64,000 bases of DNA from Nitrospirales bacterium (GTDB lineage: Bacteria > Nitrospirota > Nitrospiria > Nitrospirales > UBA8639), in the NCBI GenBank assembly GCA_963422365.1, contig OY729426.1, positions 2,272,001-2,336,000 on the forward strand, read 5' to 3'. Below the pieces are notes generated by a model, which made no database searches, had not been told where the DNA came from, and worked only from the letters and a program-made list of their open reading frames with translations. Numbering within the stretch: the stretch's first letter is position 1; every line of letters starts with the position of its first letter. A program made the translations under genes and the position numbers. Shown one piece after another: positions 51,850 to 63,360 of this stretch.

Positions 51850-52640
51850 CTGATAAGACGCATTGGAAGACTGACCGTTATCATCGTGGGGTGCCTCACG
51901 TTTTGTACCTCCCCTGCCCTAGCCGAAGACGGCCATTCAATATCTCGATCAGCCGGATGCCCTCGCACCACGACTCGCAGAAAAATTTCAATGGGTGATC
52001 AGTAAAGCCTCGACCAAACCTAAACGCAAGGGGGGCTTGCTGGCACGTGACCTCCGGCATGCCCCGATCTCCACCAACGCCGAGATTAAAAAGATGTCGC
52101 CGGATGAGCGAACGGAAGCACTTCAAGCATGATTGGATACCTACATTCAAACCGTAGATGCCTATGGAAGTCTTACGAATCAACCATATTATGAAATGGG
52201 AACAACAACCCTGACAACACCCATGCAGGAGGGACTCGACAACAAAGTTGTACGATATTCGTGTCCGACAGGCCCTTCAGTTGATTGTCGGCGATCCCTA
52301 TTTCTGGGAAAACACAAAAAGCCGTTCGCAGCCTGCTTAATGGAAAAATCTGGAACATCTTAATGGCAAAAATCGATGAACGAAATTGGACCACACGTAC
52401 GCGTGTGGTGCCAAAAGACCAGGCCGTCACGGTCGGGAAACGTGGCAGGGTCATTCAACCTGCCAAGATCCTCGTGAATTACCAGCACACGATGGGGTCA
52501 GAAGAGGGATTTGTATCTTCGGACGCAAAGACTTCCCATAGGAGCATTATCGGCCGAACAACTTGCCCTGGTTCTCGCTTGGGAAATCCAAAGTCAAATC
52601 ACCGAAAAGTCCATCCGAGGCCACGTGACCTAGGATGAAC
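51850..52640 (+). pseudogene. Decayed gene for an exported protein of unknown family
   Basis: Signal-like IRRIGRLTVIIVGCLTFCTSPALA-ED lacking a start codon, followed by protein-like segments in shifting frames with stops. Confidence 0.4.
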
Positions 52641-52696
52641 AAACTGCCTCGGAGTGACGCATCAGGAATGCCGACTCGTCCGTCGTTCGCAGGTTC

Positions 52697-53623
52697 TCAT
52701 TGGATTTCTGCCTGTTCACGGTCACGGTACACCGAAAGATACACAGTATCGGCTTTCTTTCTACTCCACGGAAATCGGTATAAGGTTCGAATCTGGCTCG
52801 AGTACTGCCCAATATTGGTCTGTTGCCAGAGCCCCTTTTCAAAATACTGCCTGCCTTCCTGGTCCCTGAGAAATCCTGCAACTCGCTCTTCTGCAAAAAA
52901 ATCGACGGCCCAACTATTCGTCCATATCGGTTGACACTGCTGCACATAGTCATCCACTTGGTAGAGCAGGGCGTGCACCTGTTGCAAGTCGGTCATCACG
53001 GATTCACTGGTGAGGAGAAAAAGCACCTCATGGCCTTGGGGAATGTCAATGAGACCGATAACCCGTTCCACCCTCCTGCAAGCAGATTCATTCATGGCAT
53101 ACACATCCGGCTCGCCGGGATCATCTTTCGGGATGATCATGGTATGGGGAGCATCCTGTTTGCACACCAATTGCAAAGAAGGATGGGAACACTCCCACTG
53201 AAGCTGGACACCAAAGCGCTTCATGTCCTCCAACAGAGTCGGGAGTAGATGGTTTAAGACCAACTTGCCTTGGACCGACTCGCCCGGCACAAGGCGAATG
53301 CTTCGTGCTCCGAACTTTCCGGGGAAAGAGTGTTGATCAAGGAGACTGTGTCGAGAATCCATTCGAAACGCCAAAATCCACTGAGCATCATTCGGTGGAA
53401 TCCAGGGCAAGTCACGAAGATTCACGGTCATCGGTTCAGGGTTCCTATTGGTCAAATGGATGTGAATTTCGTACACATGTTCCATGGGCTTCTTCAGAAA
53501 GACTTCCATGGCCAATGGAAAGCGAGATCCTTGTCCAGGATCCACGGTCTGACCAAGTGAGGTGGGTAGAACACCCAGCAACCCGAAGTAAACAACAAAT
53601 GGAGTCCACAGAACTCGTTTCAT
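52697..53623 (-). CDS. Exported hypothetical protein
   Basis: 308-aa ORF with an N-terminal signal-like segment. Confidence 0.7.
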   Translation of the reverse strand: MKRVLWTPFVVYFGLLGVLPTSLGQTVDPGQGSRFPLAMEVFLKKPMEHVYEIHIHLTNRNPEPMTVNLRDLPWIPPNDAQWILAFRMDSRHSLLDQHSFPGKFGARSIRLVPGESVQGKLVLNHLLPTLLEDMKRFGVQLQWECSHPSLQLVCKQDAPHTMIIPKDDPGEPDVYAMNESACRRVERVIGLIDIPQGHEVLFLLTSESVMTDLQQVHALLYQVDDYVQQCQPIWTNSWAVDFFAEERVAGFLRDQEGRQYFEKGLWQQTNIGQYSSQIRTLYRFPWSRKKADTVYLSVYRDREQAEIQ

Positions 53624-53870
53624 GGTGCTATCCGACGCATATTGGTTAGCAGGTGCCTGCTTTTAGCAGGATTTACTCTCTCAAAGAACCGTTCACAAGA
53701 TAGGGCGAGATCGAGTAAATGGTCAAATTGTTGCCTCACCATCTTCCACGATGCAGACCCAGTAGGGATTGAAAGAGTTTTTCAATAAACAGCTAGGCGA
53801 CCAGGGGGCGCATTTTCCATCTTTTCTAGACTGTCATCCTTTCTCTACGCTATGATACTATGAAGTATAG

Positions 53871-55700
53871 ATGGCTCGTGAAATAATTTTCGCCGATTCC
53901 GCCATGGATGGTGTTTTTCCCTGCCTATTCATGAATACACACGCCGAAGCCCATATTCAAATATCGTCCGCGTGGCTGAGATGGCATTGTCACATCACGG
54001 TCATGCTCTGTGTCATCCTTCTCGTGACGTGGGCGCCGATGACCCACACGTTGGCTCATGATCAACAACTCGATGCAATCGAAGTAATCACCGAGCTCGT
54101 GGAAGCCAAGTGGATGGATGGCGCCCCCAACCGCGCGTTGCATATCCTTGACCAAGGGATTCAAGACTATCCGCACGCTGTGAGGCTACAAAAATTACAG
54201 GGTGATATTCTTGCTACAACATCCCGTCACCACCAAGAAGCTGTCGAGGCCTATGATGCGATCCTCACAACGAACCCAGAGGCTTTGGATGTACGCTGGG
54301 CTAAATGGAGCGTATTGCTCCGCTCAGGACAGCAAGATCAAGCCATCGCCGAATTTCAACGTATTGCTCAGCTAGATGCGAATAATCCCCTGGCGTCCCT
54401 TCGGCTCGCGCAAGAACTCCGAAAAGTCAATCGCCTGGAGGAATCCCTGGAGTGGTATGAAAAAGCCGTCGACATGGTTCCTGACATGCCAGGGTGGCGG
54501 TTGGCGCTTGCCCGGGCCAAGCTTGATATCTTGGATGGTCCGGGTGCACGCGACGAAGTCATACGCGTCTTACAAATGGTCAAACCCGGTTCTCCCGAAG
54601 AAGCGGCTGCCCACAGTCTGAGGTCGGTGGTCTATGGCGCTACCAAAGAACGAGGCCGCCGCTTCGAGCCTATATTGAGCCCTGGAGGTTCCGCAGCAAC
54701 GCTCAAAGAATGGTCCTCTATCCGTGCACATGCTTGGGAACTGTTCGACGCAGGTCGCTATGAAGAGGCCGAGCCGGTTTATCGAAAAATTCTAGCCCTC
54801 AAACCCAGCGATTACGCCGCGACCCATGAATTAGGGATGACCTTACTGGCGCTTGAGCGATGCAAAGAAGCCATAACGGTGTTTGAAACAATATCGAGGT
54901 TGGATCCATCGGATGAAGTCTACGCGGATACGTTTTTCCGAGTAGGCCGATGTTTGATGAAGCTGGAACAGTGGTCTGAAGCCTTACTCTATTTTGAAAT
55001 ACTCTATGAGGCCGCCGCTGAGTTTGATGAAAGCACGAAAGATGTTCCCCTCAAAGCCGATCTGAGGATTCTGAACAAAGAAGAACTGGCGGCATGGATC
55101 GAAAGGGTGAAAGAACGTATTCCCAGCAAAATAAACCCCAAGCCTGATGCGAACGCGCGTATTCCCCCTGTCGATGCCAAGACCCCAGCCCCTCTTACCG
55201 AGGAAGCACTCTATCACCGAATAGCGACACAGCCGCTCACCCCTGAGAAACAGATTTACAAACGGGCTTCTCTGATGGGGCGAGATGCAGATTTCAGCAT
55301 GTTTCGATATGTCATCCCGTCCACCCGCGTCATGCGGGATGATAGACCCACTGGCACCCATGAATTTATCCCCATTGAGCCACACGACACCTTCCCGAGC
55401 ACCCAGGAAGAAATTTATTTGGTGTATGGACTCGTGACCGCCTCCTATGATGAGATGCCACTCAGCGTGGAATGTTTTCTTGAGACATCAAAAACAAACG
55501 CGAATCAAATACCATTGGCCCGGGACCACGTCATCATGAACATGGGTGACCAGTCCGGCTATTTTATCATCACCCAGCCTGAATCGGGATGGACTCCTGG
55601 ACTCCACCGATGTGGATTCTTTGTCGGCAGTGAATCGTCGGCCTATACGCATGCTGACGAGGTCAGGTTTCGCATCATTCAGATCCCTCAATCTTCGTGA
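53871..55700 (+). CDS. TPR-repeat protein, probably exported
   Basis: Multiple TPRs (e.g. GRYEEAEPVYRKILALKP); hydrophobic N-terminal segment; start uncertain. Confidence 0.85.
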   Translation: MAREIIFADSAMDGVFPCLFMNTHAEAHIQISSAWLRWHCHITVMLCVILLVTWAPMTHTLAHDQQLDAIEVITELVEAKWMDGAPNRALHILDQGIQDYPHAVRLQKLQGDILATTSRHHQEAVEAYDAILTTNPEALDVRWAKWSVLLRSGQQDQAIAEFQRIAQLDANNPLASLRLAQELRKVNRLEESLEWYEKAVDMVPDMPGWRLALARAKLDILDGPGARDEVIRVLQMVKPGSPEEAAAHSLRSVVYGATKERGRRFEPILSPGGSAATLKEWSSIRAHAWELFDAGRYEEAEPVYRKILALKPSDYAATHELGMTLLALERCKEAITVFETISRLDPSDEVYADTFFRVGRCLMKLEQWSEALLYFEILYEAAAEFDESTKDVPLKADLRILNKEELAAWIERVKERIPSKINPKPDANARIPPVDAKTPAPLTEEALYHRIATQPLTPEKQIYKRASLMGRDADFSMFRYVIPSTRVMRDDRPTGTHEFIPIEPHDTFPSTQEEIYLVYGLVTASYDEMPLSVECFLETSKTNANQIPLARDHVIMNMGDQSGYFIITQPESGWTPGLHRCGFFVGSESSAYTHADEVRFRIIQIPQSS

Positions 55701-55934
55701 CCGGTGCAGAGACACATTGTCCACCAGAAAGAGTCTTTCCACCAAATGATGCTCACTAGAAGGGACTCCCCTTGCACTACAAAGCATCGGCATGGTTTGG
55801 TAAGTTCATCGCTTTCACGGAGAGTTTGCACGCATGTTTTCTCCTCTGCTTGCTGGAACGCAACAGAATCTGGTAATCCATCCTTGTAGGTATTCACCCT
55901 ACCAAAAACGGTTACGCTGACATCATCGGGCGAA

Positions 55935-56552
55935 ATGATTGAACTCTTGAAAAAGCACCTTGTGGGAGCTGTTGTTTTCTGGATGGCGTGGGGGTCCTGC
56001 GTTAACACGTTCGCTGGTGAAGCGACCCACGTCGTGACCGAACTCCAGGAATCAATCATGACCATTATGAAAGAAGGACGCAGCCTCAGCTATACAGGTC
56101 GCTATCAAATCATCTCTCCCACGGTGGAAAAAACACACGACCTGGATAATATCGCACAGCTGGCCGTTGGAAGACATTGGAAAGGGCTCAATGCAACGCA
56201 GAAATCCACCTTTATCGAGACGTTCCGAGAATTAAGTATTTCTATGTATGCTGGACGTTTCAAAGACTATGGCGGAGAGCAATTCAACATTCTTTCAGAA
56301 AAATCTTTAAAAAGAGGCAATCGTACACTTGTCACAAGCCATTTCGTGAAACCTGACGGCGAGAAAATGACATTCACCTACATCTTGCATCTGATTCGTG
56401 ACCAGTGGAAAATTATCAATGTTAGCGTAAACGGTGTCAGCGAGTTGGCCTTGAAACGTGCCGAATATGCGGGAATTTTGCGAAACATGGGGTTCCCAAC
56501 CCTCATTCAACGCCTGAAAACCCAGATTCGAGAAAATGCGCATGGACGCTAG
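55935..56552 (+). CDS. MlaC/Ttg2D/HpnM-family periplasmic lipid-binding protein
   Basis: Signal peptide; AVGRHW, WKIINV..NGVSELALKRAEY. Confidence 0.88.
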   Translation: MIELLKKHLVGAVVFWMAWGSCVNTFAGEATHVVTELQESIMTIMKEGRSLSYTGRYQIISPTVEKTHDLDNIAQLAVGRHWKGLNATQKSTFIETFRELSISMYAGRFKDYGGEQFNILSEKSLKRGNRTLVTSHFVKPDGEKMTFTYILHLIRDQWKIINVSVNGVSELALKRAEYAGILRNMGFPTLIQRLKTQIRENAHGR

Positions 56553-56615
56553 CTCGCATAAGCGTTTAGAGTCTCTGATGATTTCATGAGAGGCATGATG
56601 AATTCCATGAGGAAA

Positions 56616-57728
56616 ATGAAACAGGCCACCACCATACTGTGGTTGACAGTTGGCTGGTCGGTGTTCATCGTTATGACGGGGTGCGCAACGACTCAATCCA
56701 CTGAACTTCAGGTCTCAGATAACGATCCGCTGGAATCGGTGAATCGACCGATATACTGGGTCAATGACTTTCTCGATCGGACGATTGCCGAACCGGTCGT
56801 TGATGTCTATATCAATTATGCCCCACAGCCGGTCCAGGAAAGTGTTTCTAATTTTTTCGATAATGTGAGTTACCCGAATGTCATCTTGAATGACTTTCTC
56901 CAGGGGAAGGGAATTCAAGGACTCAAGGATTCAGGTCGGTTTCTTGTGAACTCAACTTTTGGGTTCTTCGGAATTTGGGACATGGCCACGCCTCTTGGTC
57001 TCGAAGCCCATGATGAAGATTTTGGACAAACCTTAGGCGTATGGGGTATGGACGAGAGCCTCTATTTGGTTCTTCCTTTTATCGGCCCCAGCTCTATCAG
57101 AGATGCCCCGAATTTAGGTATCACTACCGTCGCCAATATTCTGTTCTATATGAGCAACCCCGTCGTGGTGCCCGTTGCCCTTTTAGGATTTATTGATAAA
57201 CGGGCGAAAATGGAGGAGGCCATCACCTTTCGGGATAAGACTGCGGTCGAGCCCTATCTCTTTACGCGAGAAGCGTATCTGCAACATCGGAAATTCCTGA
57301 TCTACGATGGGGATCCGCCCATTGACGACGACTTTTCCTTTGACGACCCCTTTACCGATCGTGAAGTTGAAGAAGAGGGGTCTCTTCAAGAAGAGGCAGC
57401 CAAGCTCAAGAATCCCTCGACCCGAAAACTTGAGACCTTGTTGACTCCAAAACAGGTCTCATTGCAGACCCTACGCCCGTCACCCTTTCTGTTCGATCCT
57501 CCTTTCTTTCCATCCCTATTTGGGAATCATTCCTATTCACTGACGCCCCACCACCCTCTCTGCTCCAATTCAACCATAAGAGCGGGAAGAATCACCAACG
57601 CACAGACCAGGGCCAAGATCAAAACCACTACCAGCAAGACGCCCAAACTTGCCATGCCTGGATGGTGTGAAAACCCAAGAGCTCCAAAAGAAGCCATCGT
57701 GGTTAAGGCACTACAGAGCACAGCGTGA
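56616..57728 (+). CDS. mlaA: MlaA/VacJ lipoprotein with extended C-terminus
   Basis: Lipobox MTGC; DPLESVNR, RFLVNSTFG, EDFGQTLGVWG, YLVLPFIGPS; start estimated. Confidence 0.9.
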   Translation: MKQATTILWLTVGWSVFIVMTGCATTQSTELQVSDNDPLESVNRPIYWVNDFLDRTIAEPVVDVYINYAPQPVQESVSNFFDNVSYPNVILNDFLQGKGIQGLKDSGRFLVNSTFGFFGIWDMATPLGLEAHDEDFGQTLGVWGMDESLYLVLPFIGPSSIRDAPNLGITTVANILFYMSNPVVVPVALLGFIDKRAKMEEAITFRDKTAVEPYLFTREAYLQHRKFLIYDGDPPIDDDFSFDDPFTDREVEEEGSLQEEAAKLKNPSTRKLETLLTPKQVSLQTLRPSPFLFDPPFFPSLFGNHSYSLTPHHPLCSNSTIRAGRITNAQTRAKIKTTTSKTPKLAMPGWCENPRAPKEAIVVKALQSTA

Positions 57729-60196
57729 GACGTACTGCTCTGTAATACTTGGACAATGGAGCGCGAGCCACCTTCCTGTTTCCGCAGGATAAGATAAATG
57801 CCGAAGGCAACCCCCAAGCCAAGGACCAAGGGCAAGGCAATCACGTTTGCCAAATTCAGGGGAACTCCCAACGCCAAACAGGTGGCGACCGTTAACAAGA
57901 GCGTTAAGACCAGGGGTAAGAGGACGAAGAGAGTGTCTCCCAGGCGTCGAAGCACCACAAGCAGCAACAAGGCAGAAACCACGATGGCCAATATGGTCGC
58001 TTGGATACAGGCATCAATGATCGTTTGCCCTCCTTCCAGAATACTCACGGGCGAACCGATCGCATGAGGAGCCATCTGCTGCACACTCGATACGAATCGG
58101 CGCAACGCCTGATTCTCCTCGACATTTCGAGCAGGGAAGACCTCAACACGAGTCCGACCATCTTGAGAAAAATAATAGCTCGTTAAGCTTTCCGGTAACG
58201 TCTGCAACGTCATCTCATCTGCAGACAGTAACCCTCGCAATCGTTCAAGCCACTTCGGAAGGTTTCCCATGAGCCTGCTACGGAGATCATTCACGAAAAG
58301 GGTCGATCCGCGAGAACTGTGAAGAAGGTCATCGATCGATTGCATGAGGGTTTTCAGATTTTTACCAAGATCACCCTGCCACGTTTTGGGTTCATGAACG
58401 CCAAGGGCGTCGCGAAACTCTTTCATGGCCTGCACCTCTTCATCCTCACTGGGAGCATCGACTGCCGCCTGAGGAGTGAGGACAGGCTCCAGCACCAAAC
58501 TCATCTCATCAATAATGGCTAACTTTTCTTCTTGGTCACGAGGAACGAAACTTGAAAGCGTGATGACTCGATCGACTTCAGGGACCAATCGAAGACGGTC
58601 CGCCAACGCATCAGCATCAGATAAATTTTGGGCTAACACCTGGATGACATAGGGAGAGGTCTCTGGGTCTGCCAGCAATTCTTGAAAGGTTGATACTCCT
58701 TCAGTCGAAGAATCCCGAAGGTGTAAGGCATTAAAATCAAATTGCAACCGTGGCACCATGATAACGGCGACGAACGCCACAGGAATCAAAACCCCAAGAA
58801 TCACCCGCCGATATCGAATGATTGAACCCAGAACCAGACTGTCTGACGAATCGCCTTCTGCAAGTTTCGTGAAAATCGAAGCACGGGAACAAGAAAGCGG
58901 AAACAAGGTCAGCAGTGCCGGGAAAACCGTGAGATTCGCAAATAAAGCGATACACATACCGACACCAGCAATGAGCCCCATTTCTGCAAACCCTCGATAT
59001 GATGTCGGGAGGAAAGAAAAAAAACTTAAGGCCGCGGCAATCGCAGCGAGAGTCAGCGCCCCACCGACGCCAGCGACCGCACGTCGTAAGGCTACCTCGT
59101 GATCGCCGACTTGTGAAAATTCTTCACGATACCGCATGCCAAACTGAATGCCAAAATCCACGCCAAGCCCAATAAACAACACTGGCACGGATGCAGAAAT
59201 AAAATTCAACGAGCCTACGGCCACCACCACAAATACGGCTGTCCACAGTAATCCCATCACAAGCGTACACAGCATCGCACCCACGAGCCGTAGAGACCGA
59301 AAGCCGACAATCAAGACGAAAGACACTAAGCCCAACGACAAACTCGCCGCCAACCCAGCACCTCGGGCAATCGTTTCTCGCTCTTCCGCTTCAATCGGAA
59401 TAGAGCCCGTCAGTCGAATTCGAATACCGAATCGATCTTCAAGATCAGCACTGTGCTGGCGAAGAAATCTTAGCGGTCCTCTCGACGCTTCCAAGCTCGA
59501 ATAATCCAGCCGTGGCTTCACCAAAAGGAACCTGCGTGACGGATCATTTTTGCTTGTCACGTCTTCAAGCATGGCCTGCTGCCAGGACGCGGGCACAGGC
59601 TTCCCGAGTCGTTGGGCTTCAATCGCCTCGCTCAAGAGTGCCAACGCGTTGGCCAGGACCTTCTGTTGCTCGGGTGTCGGGTCCTCTTCCAACGCCATGG
59701 TGAGAATGGAAAAGAACCCTCGAAGACTTGGATCATGCACGAGCGTCCCCAAGAAAGGCTCCCATTTGGCAAGACGTGCATCCAAGCGCCAGAGTTCGTC
59801 GACATCGAAATACAGCAGTCCATATTTATCAAAAAAAATATCCTGCTGAGGTTGATACACCGATGAAAAGAACGAAGGTTGTTGTTCCAGAAGTTTTGCT
59901 AATGCGTGAACCGCCTCACGTCGGTGCGCAGGAGAACCTTGATCGACGACGACGACAATCAAATCATCAAGTTGCGGAAACGCCGCAAAGAAGTCTCGTT
60001 GTAACTTCCGGAAGTGAAGATCCGGATCCAATAAATGCACGGGATCCGTATCAAGGGTCAGGTTCTTCACGGTATACACCGCGGACAGGCCCGTGACGAC
60101 AAAGGCTCCAATCACAACCCATACGGCCGCTCGACGACAGTGATCCACCAACCAAACCAGAAAGGCCTGATAGCCGTATCCGATCCGATCAAGCAT
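57533..60196 (-). CDS. hpnN: MMPL/RND transporter, HpnN-like (hopanoid export)
   Basis: Two TM blocks; LFIGLGVDFGIQF..RYREE, LPLVLGLGVAFGIY, HPGMASLG. Confidence 0.82.
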   Translation of the reverse strand: MLDRIGYGYQAFLVWLVDHCRRAAVWVVIGAFVVTGLSAVYTVKNLTLDTDPVHLLDPDLHFRKLQRDFFAAFPQLDDLIVVVVDQGSPAHRREAVHALAKLLEQQPSFFSSVYQPQQDIFFDKYGLLYFDVDELWRLDARLAKWEPFLGTLVHDPSLRGFFSILTMALEEDPTPEQQKVLANALALLSEAIEAQRLGKPVPASWQQAMLEDVTSKNDPSRRFLLVKPRLDYSSLEASRGPLRFLRQHSADLEDRFGIRIRLTGSIPIEAEERETIARGAGLAASLSLGLVSFVLIVGFRSLRLVGAMLCTLVMGLLWTAVFVVVAVGSLNFISASVPVLFIGLGVDFGIQFGMRYREEFSQVGDHEVALRRAVAGVGGALTLAAIAAALSFFSFLPTSYRGFAEMGLIAGVGMCIALFANLTVFPALLTLFPLSCSRASIFTKLAEGDSSDSLVLGSIIRYRRVILGVLIPVAFVAVIMVPRLQFDFNALHLRDSSTEGVSTFQELLADPETSPYVIQVLAQNLSDADALADRLRLVPEVDRVITLSSFVPRDQEEKLAIIDEMSLVLEPVLTPQAAVDAPSEDEEVQAMKEFRDALGVHEPKTWQGDLGKNLKTLMQSIDDLLHSSRGSTLFVNDLRSRLMGNLPKWLERLRGLLSADEMTLQTLPESLTSYYFSQDGRTRVEVFPARNVEENQALRRFVSSVQQMAPHAIGSPVSILEGGQTIIDACIQATILAIVVSALLLLVVLRRLGDTLFVLLPLVLTLLLTVATCLALGVPLNLANVIALPLVLGLGVAFGIYLILRKQEGGSRSIVQVLQSSTSHAVLCSALTTMASFGALGFSHHPGMASLGVLLVVVLILALVCALVILPALMVELEQRGWWGVSE

Positions 60197-60506
60197 GGCG
60201 ACTCACCCCCCTTGACATGACCATTCCCTAAGGACAAAGGGAACGGCTTAATGGTTCCCTAAATTTTCACAGACGCATGACCATCGGTTCCGTAAAATGC
60301 AAGCTTCCATCACTAACGCTCACATGTCTGAAGGGAAAATCTCAATCAATCCAATGGATGGGAGTACCGAGGGCAGATGTGGTGGGAAAGGACATTGCTA
60401 GACAAGAAAACAACATTGCCATACTCACATGAGGCACCCCAACCTCATACGCGACTGATTACCATCAATGCATCCGTTTCCCAAGGGTTTCTGATCCGGA
60501 TCACCC

Positions 60507-60740
60507 CTAGTCTCCTGCAAGACCGCTCTCATTAGCCCCTGATGTCGTTCCACCTGCTCGACCGTCTCGGCGTATGGCTGGGAAGACACCTGGGAAGCCT
60601 AGGACGGACGCCTTGTCAGGGTGGTGCTTCCACTGTCTTGCAACAACCACGTGTGGGAAATCTTGGCTGGAGTGTACCACACAATGTCGATTTTCTACAC
60701 GAAAGCCGTAATCGATTTTGATTCGTGGCAGTTGGTTCAT
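60507..60740 (-). pseudogene. Possible gene remnant downstream of the P-type ATPase
   Basis: ATG with GAGG 12 nt after the ATPase stop; short ORF; family not recognised. Confidence 0.25.
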
Positions 60741-60752
60741 AGAAGAGAACCT

Positions 60753-63131
60753 CTACAACCTTAATCGCCTGAGCCGCAACGCATTCGCAATGACAGACAC
60801 CGAGCTAAACGTCATCGCGACGCTGGCAATGATGGGGCTTAGAAGAAGACCCCAAAAAGGATAGAGGACACCTGCGGCAATTGGCACACCGAGAGAATTA
60901 TAGACAAACGCACAGAAAAGATTTTGTCGGATATTCCTCATCATGGCTGTACTTAAGGTCCGGGCACGGGCGACACCTCGAAGGTCGCCTTTCACTAAAG
61001 TAATGCCTGCACTTTCCATAGCCACATCGGTACCCGTTCCCATGGCAATGCCAACATCGGCTTCAGCAAGGGCTGGAGCATCATTGATGCCATCCCCCGC
61101 CATCGCCACCACGTAGGCTTTTTTTTGCAATTGCTTCACCACTTGTTGCTTCTGTTCGGGAAGGACTTCTGCCTGAATGTCTTGCAACCCTAATTGTCGA
61201 CCCACGGCTTCGGCGGTCTGTCGATGATCCCCCGTGACCATGATGATTTTGAGTCCATCGCGTTTCAGCAAATGAACCGCTTCGGCCGTGCTGGCCTTGA
61301 TCGGATCGATGACACCGATGATACCGGCCGGACACCCATCAACGGCCACAAACACGACGGTTTGCCCTTCTTTTCGAAAAGCATCACTTTGCTTATTGAG
61401 CTCCATCAATTGCTTCGATGGCAACCCCATGTCTCGTTCGAGAAACAGTCGATTTCCTAACGCCACGGTTTTTCCATCAACTTTGCCTTCCACTCCTTGA
61501 CCGGTTTGAGAACGAAATTCTTCGACCTCACTGAAGGGAAGCCCTTGCTCCCTCGCACCGGAAACAATGGCTGAGGCTAAGGGATGTTCGCTGACTCGCT
61601 CGACGCTGGCCGCTAATTGAAGTAGAGCCGTCTCACTCAATCCTGATGCTGGAACGACCGATCGCAAAACAGGTTTCCCCTCCGTTAAGGTGCCCGTTTT
61701 ATCGACTACCAGCACACTCACCTTTTCTAATCTTTCAAGGGCTTCAGCATTTTTAATGAGCACTCCTGCTGTTGCGCCACGTCCCGTGCCAACCATGATC
61801 GACATGGGTGTTGCCAACCCGAGAGCACACGGGCAGGCAATGATAAGGACAGCCACGGCATTCACCAAGGCATAGGCCAACCGAGGCTCTGGCCCGATAC
61901 TCGCCCACACACCAAACGTGACTGCTGCACCCAACACGACGATTGGGACAAAATAGCCGGCTACGACGTCGGCCACCCGCTGGATGGGTGCACGACTGCG
62001 TTGAGCTTCGCTTACCATCTTGACGATCTGCGCCAGCATGGTTTCTTGGCCGACGCGTCTAGCTTCCATCAACACGGTGCCGGTGCCATTCATGGTGCCT
62101 CCTATCACCCAACTCCCTATCCGTTTTTCAACTGGAATAGCTTCGCCCGTAACCATGGATTCATCAACAGATGTTGAGCCTGCCAGCACTTCACCATCGA
62201 CCGGAACTTTTTCTCCAGGACGAATGCGGAGGGGCTCACCGACTTTGACCCGTTCTAAGGGGATGTCCTCTTCCTGGTTTTCATTCCGCACGATTCGTGC
62301 GGTTTGGGGCACTAAGGCAAGAAGGGATTTGAGGGTACCTGTGGTTCGACGGCGTGCCCGAATTTCTAAAACCTGGCCCAAGGCCACTAAGACAAGAATG
62401 ACGGTTGCGGCTTCAAAATACACAGGCACGTGACCGTCCAGGGTGCGGAATGCCTCTGGAAACTTGCCAGGTAAAATCGTTGCCAGCGCACTCGAGAGAT
62501 AGGCTGCTCCCGTGCCCATGGCAATGAGCGTAAACATGTTGAGCCGACGGTTGACGACCGATGCCCACCCGCGTTGAAAGAACGGCAACCCAACCCAGCC
62601 CACCACAGGCGTGGCCAAAAGCAACTGCAGCCAATTGGACAATCGAGGAGAAAGGACGTCCTTCAAGGGCTGACCCGGAATCATCTCGGCCATGGCCAAC
62701 ACGATCACGGGCAACGCCAGTACCAACCCAATCCGAAACCGTCGAGTCATGTCGACGAGTTCTGGATTTTCGCCTTCTTCTAGCGCAACGGTTGCCGGTT
62801 CCAGAGCCATTCCGCAGATGGGGCAAGCCGCTGGCGTATCCGACTTCACTGTCGGACACATCGGGCAGATATATTTGGTCCCTGGCTTGGCTGGTGCATC
62901 GTCCATGGACTGCTTGTACTTGCCACTCAGATACCCGTCCGGATCACCGCAAAACCGTTCTTCACACCTGGGACTACAGAAGTAGTAGGTCGTTCCTCCA
63001 TATTCGTATTTTCCTGCCGCCAATAGAGGGGCCACCGTCATTCCACACACCGGGTCCTGGACCATGGGGACACTGGCCATCATGAGTTCCCGGCGTTTAG
63101 GTTTTGGATGGGATGGGTCGGGGTTCATCAC
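60753..63131 (-). CDS. copA: Cu(I)/Ag(I)-translocating P1B-type ATPase with YHS and CPMC metal-binding domains
   Basis: [43 protein letters not shown] and MxxSS. Confidence 0.93.
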   Translation of the reverse strand: MMNPDPSHPKPKRRELMMASVPMVQDPVCGMTVAPLLAAGKYEYGGTTYYFCSPRCEERFCGDPDGYLSGKYKQSMDDAPAKPGTKYICPMCPTVKSDTPAACPICGMALEPATVALEEGENPELVDMTRRFRIGLVLALPVIVLAMAEMIPGQPLKDVLSPRLSNWLQLLLATPVVGWVGLPFFQRGWASVVNRRLNMFTLIAMGTGAAYLSSALATILPGKFPEAFRTLDGHVPVYFEAATVILVLVALGQVLEIRARRRTTGTLKSLLALVPQTARIVRNENQEEDIPLERVKVGEPLRIRPGEKVPVDGEVLAGSTSVDESMVTGEAIPVEKRIGSWVIGGTMNGTGTVLMEARRVGQETMLAQIVKMVSEAQRSRAPIQRVADVVAGYFVPIVVLGAAVTFGVWASIGPEPRLAYALVNAVAVLIIACPCALGLATPMSIMVGTGRGATAGVLIKNAEALERLEKVSVLVVDKTGTLTEGKPVLRSVVPASGLSETALLQLAASVERVSEHPLASAIVSGAREQGLPFSEVEEFRSQTGQGVEGKVDGKTVALGNRLFLERDMGLPSKQLMELNKQSDAFRKEGQTVVFVAVDGCPAGIIGVIDPIKASTAEAVHLLKRDGLKIIMVTGDHRQTAEAVGRQLGLQDIQAEVLPEQKQQVVKQLQKKAYVVAMAGDGINDAPALAEADVGIAMGTGTDVAMESAGITLVKGDLRGVARARTLSTAMMRNIRQNLFCAFVYNSLGVPIAAGVLYPFWGLLLSPIIASVAMTFSSVSVIANALRLRRLRL

Positions 63132-63360
63132 GATCCTGATCGCTGACTGGTTTGAAGACCATGCTTATTATAACCGACTCCCGACATTTTTCTCAGATCA
63201 AATTCCAATCGCCTTCCCTTGACAAGGGCAATCTTCTCGGGCACCCATCTGAATCCGTTCTTCCCGAACTCTTTAGAGCAGTTTGCCGGATTTGGCAGAC
63301 CTTTTCTTTTCGCAGTATACTCTCTTGAGACCCTTCGACCTTAACGAGAGGAACTTCTTG

